A stretch of 64,000 bases of DNA from the NCBI GenBank assembly GCA_030704615.1, contig CM060731.1, forward strand, positions 47,988,001 through 48,052,000, written 5' to 3'. Within the stretch, counting starts at the first letter, position 1, and each line of letters opens with the position of its first letter. The notes under the pieces are model-generated. The model was not told the DNA's origin. It did no database searches and saw only the letters and a program-made list of their open reading frames with translations. The DNA comes from Takakia lepidozioides (Eukaryota; Plantae; Bryophyta). Below, piece by piece: positions 62,000 through 64,000 of this stretch. The position numbers and the translations under genes were made by a program.

Positions 62000-63280
62000 A
62001 TTAGGAATTGAACGGCAGAATTGTTTTGTATGATTTTATAAAGAGCTATTTTTTACGATTGCATGTATAAAAAACGTATACATCCAAATATTCCTCTTCA
62101 CTTATTCCTAACTGGTGGAGTGCGCACTGGAAAAACTTTTACTTTACTTCTCATTAACCAAGGTTTGCTTCAATTTTACAATAAACATCCACAAGTGGAT
62201 CCTTTAAGAAAAAAAAACTATTTTGATGGCATATACAGGAAAAGCCGCGTTTAATATTGATGGTACCACTATACATTCTGGACTTAATATCCCTCTCAAT
62301 TATAAAGAGCTACCATCTCTGGGCTCAGAAAAAATAGATTCAATGTGTAAACCATTTGATCAAGTTCAACTTATGGTGCTAGATGAAATATCTCTTGTTG
62401 GAAGTAGAATTCTTGCTTTTGCATATCAACGGTTGAAATCAGTAAAACGAATTCATAATCATTTTTTTGGTAATTTGGACATCATTATTTGTGGCGATTT
62501 CTATCAAGCACCGCCTATACGTGACACATGGGTTTTCAAAAAACTAAATACCGGTTCAAATGCTCTAGGGCCTAATTTTTGGCATGACTGCATAAAAATG
62601 CTACAAATTGCAGAAGGTGATGCGACAATCAAACCACCAATTCATAGATATATTGAACAACTGCGAACAGCAACTCAAACCCAAGATGATCTTAATGTTC
62701 TTAATCAAGAATGTTACCGTTAATGCCCCTCCAATGATCCCACATTTCCACATTTATACTATACAAACAAAGCTATGTTAATTCATAATCAACATGCATT
62801 TCAAGAAACCCCTGGGTGTATATACATATTCAAAGCAATTGATAAACATCACGATACATGTCCATTTTTATTTTATTTTTTGGATTAACAGGGCTATTTT
62901 TAAATTGCAAGATAATACATCTAATACTGCAGGATTACATACAACAATTTATGTAAAAAACGAAATGTTAGTAGAATTATGTGCTGGAAACTATGCAACA
63001 CGATGGCCTTGTAAATGGAGCATATGGTATATTTAAACATGCTTCAATTTTATCAAATTCAATATCTTTAACATGGATACAGTTTAACAATACAAAAATA
63101 GGTTTAGAAACACGTACAAAAAATGAGCACTTGTACAACAGTGGAATAGATCCATTATGGACTCCCATAGAACCTATCTAAAAAGAAATTCAAATAGGTC
63201 CTAATACGTCTCATTTTATTACCAGAACACAATTTCCCTTTCAATTAGCTGCAGCTCGAACAATTCATCGTTCGCAGAGC
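62000..63280 (+). pseudogene. Decayed PIF1-family helicase (Helitron-type)
   Basis: LFLTGGVRTGKT, AYTGKAAFNIDGTTIHS, LDEISLVG, FGNLDIIICGDFYQAPPI and TQFPFQLAAARTIHRSQ, split by frameshifts and stops. Confidence 0.9.
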
Positions 63281-64000
63281 AGGCAATCATGATTAACAAT
63301 TGAGAACAAGCAAAATGTGATACCATCCTATAACTACATTACCACGAACCCACTTTCCAATGAAGCCATGGTATTATAAAGTTGCGTGAGGACACAAAAT
63401 GTGTCACACTCGCGGCTCGCCACGTCACCACAATAAAGATAAAATAAAAATAAAGTTTCCATTTCAATCATTACAACTACCCCCCGAAACTTGGGCACTA
63501 TCATCAACAAAAACCCGAGCTCCGAGGTGCATGTTGGGCTTCTGAGCAGGCCAACAAGCAGTTGGGGGAGACATCGTGACACTCTGCTACGAGCAATAGC
63601 CTCCGCGTAGTCGGGGAGGGCTGCACCACAAGTTACTCTGAAGAACAGAGACGTCATGCAAAGGAATAGCTTCCAATATCCTGCACCCAAATTACATGTA
63701 TTGCATTAGCTAATGTGAAAGACATAGGGGGGGGGGGGCACATGCTATAACTAGGAGGCGAACACCAAATGAACTTACTCACATGTGAAATCGTCTCCGA
63801 GGTCATTGTCGTCTCCCTCATTGATATCGACATGAAATACAGCCTCCTGCTCTTTGGCGGCAGACATTGGCCCTTGCAACTCTTGGAGGCTCAGTAAAAA
63901 TGGTTGCATCCCATTCCATACCCAACAAATGCCGGCCCGCTGCCTTGCAAGCATGGTATGAAGCTCCTGCAAGACACAATTGTGTTACTAAGATGTTACA

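Overview
Eukaryotic nuclear DNA from a non-seed land plant. A bryophyte is the most likely source, judged from the PPR-DYW style, ISN1 and the transposon families; the species cannot be fixed from sequence alone. Bases 1-32,000 are a nested transposon block. It holds a decayed Mutator-type transposase, RING-finger ORFs and arrays of GACCGCCA-N4/5-TGGCGGTC palindromes. It also holds a structurally complete hAT element (13649-21116) and a nest of LINE > MULE-like > CACTA, with the CACTA (23948-29519) carrying six tandem PPR-derived units. Bases 32,900-56,400 are genic: an 18-exon MCM6 head-to-head with an intronless ISN1, a pair of divergent paralogs, and a PLS-class PPR gene with a decayed DYW domain. 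Each paralog encodes a ubiquitin-like N-terminal domain, a trypsin-like protease domain and a basic tail; one keeps His-Asp-Ser and the other has Ser->Asn. The last 5 kb hold a phospholipase D fragment, a Tourist-like MITE and a decayed Helitron-type PIF1 helicase. The best candidate for an undescribed system is the active/dead Ubl-protease pair at 48583-53413. All calls are by eye; no searches were run.
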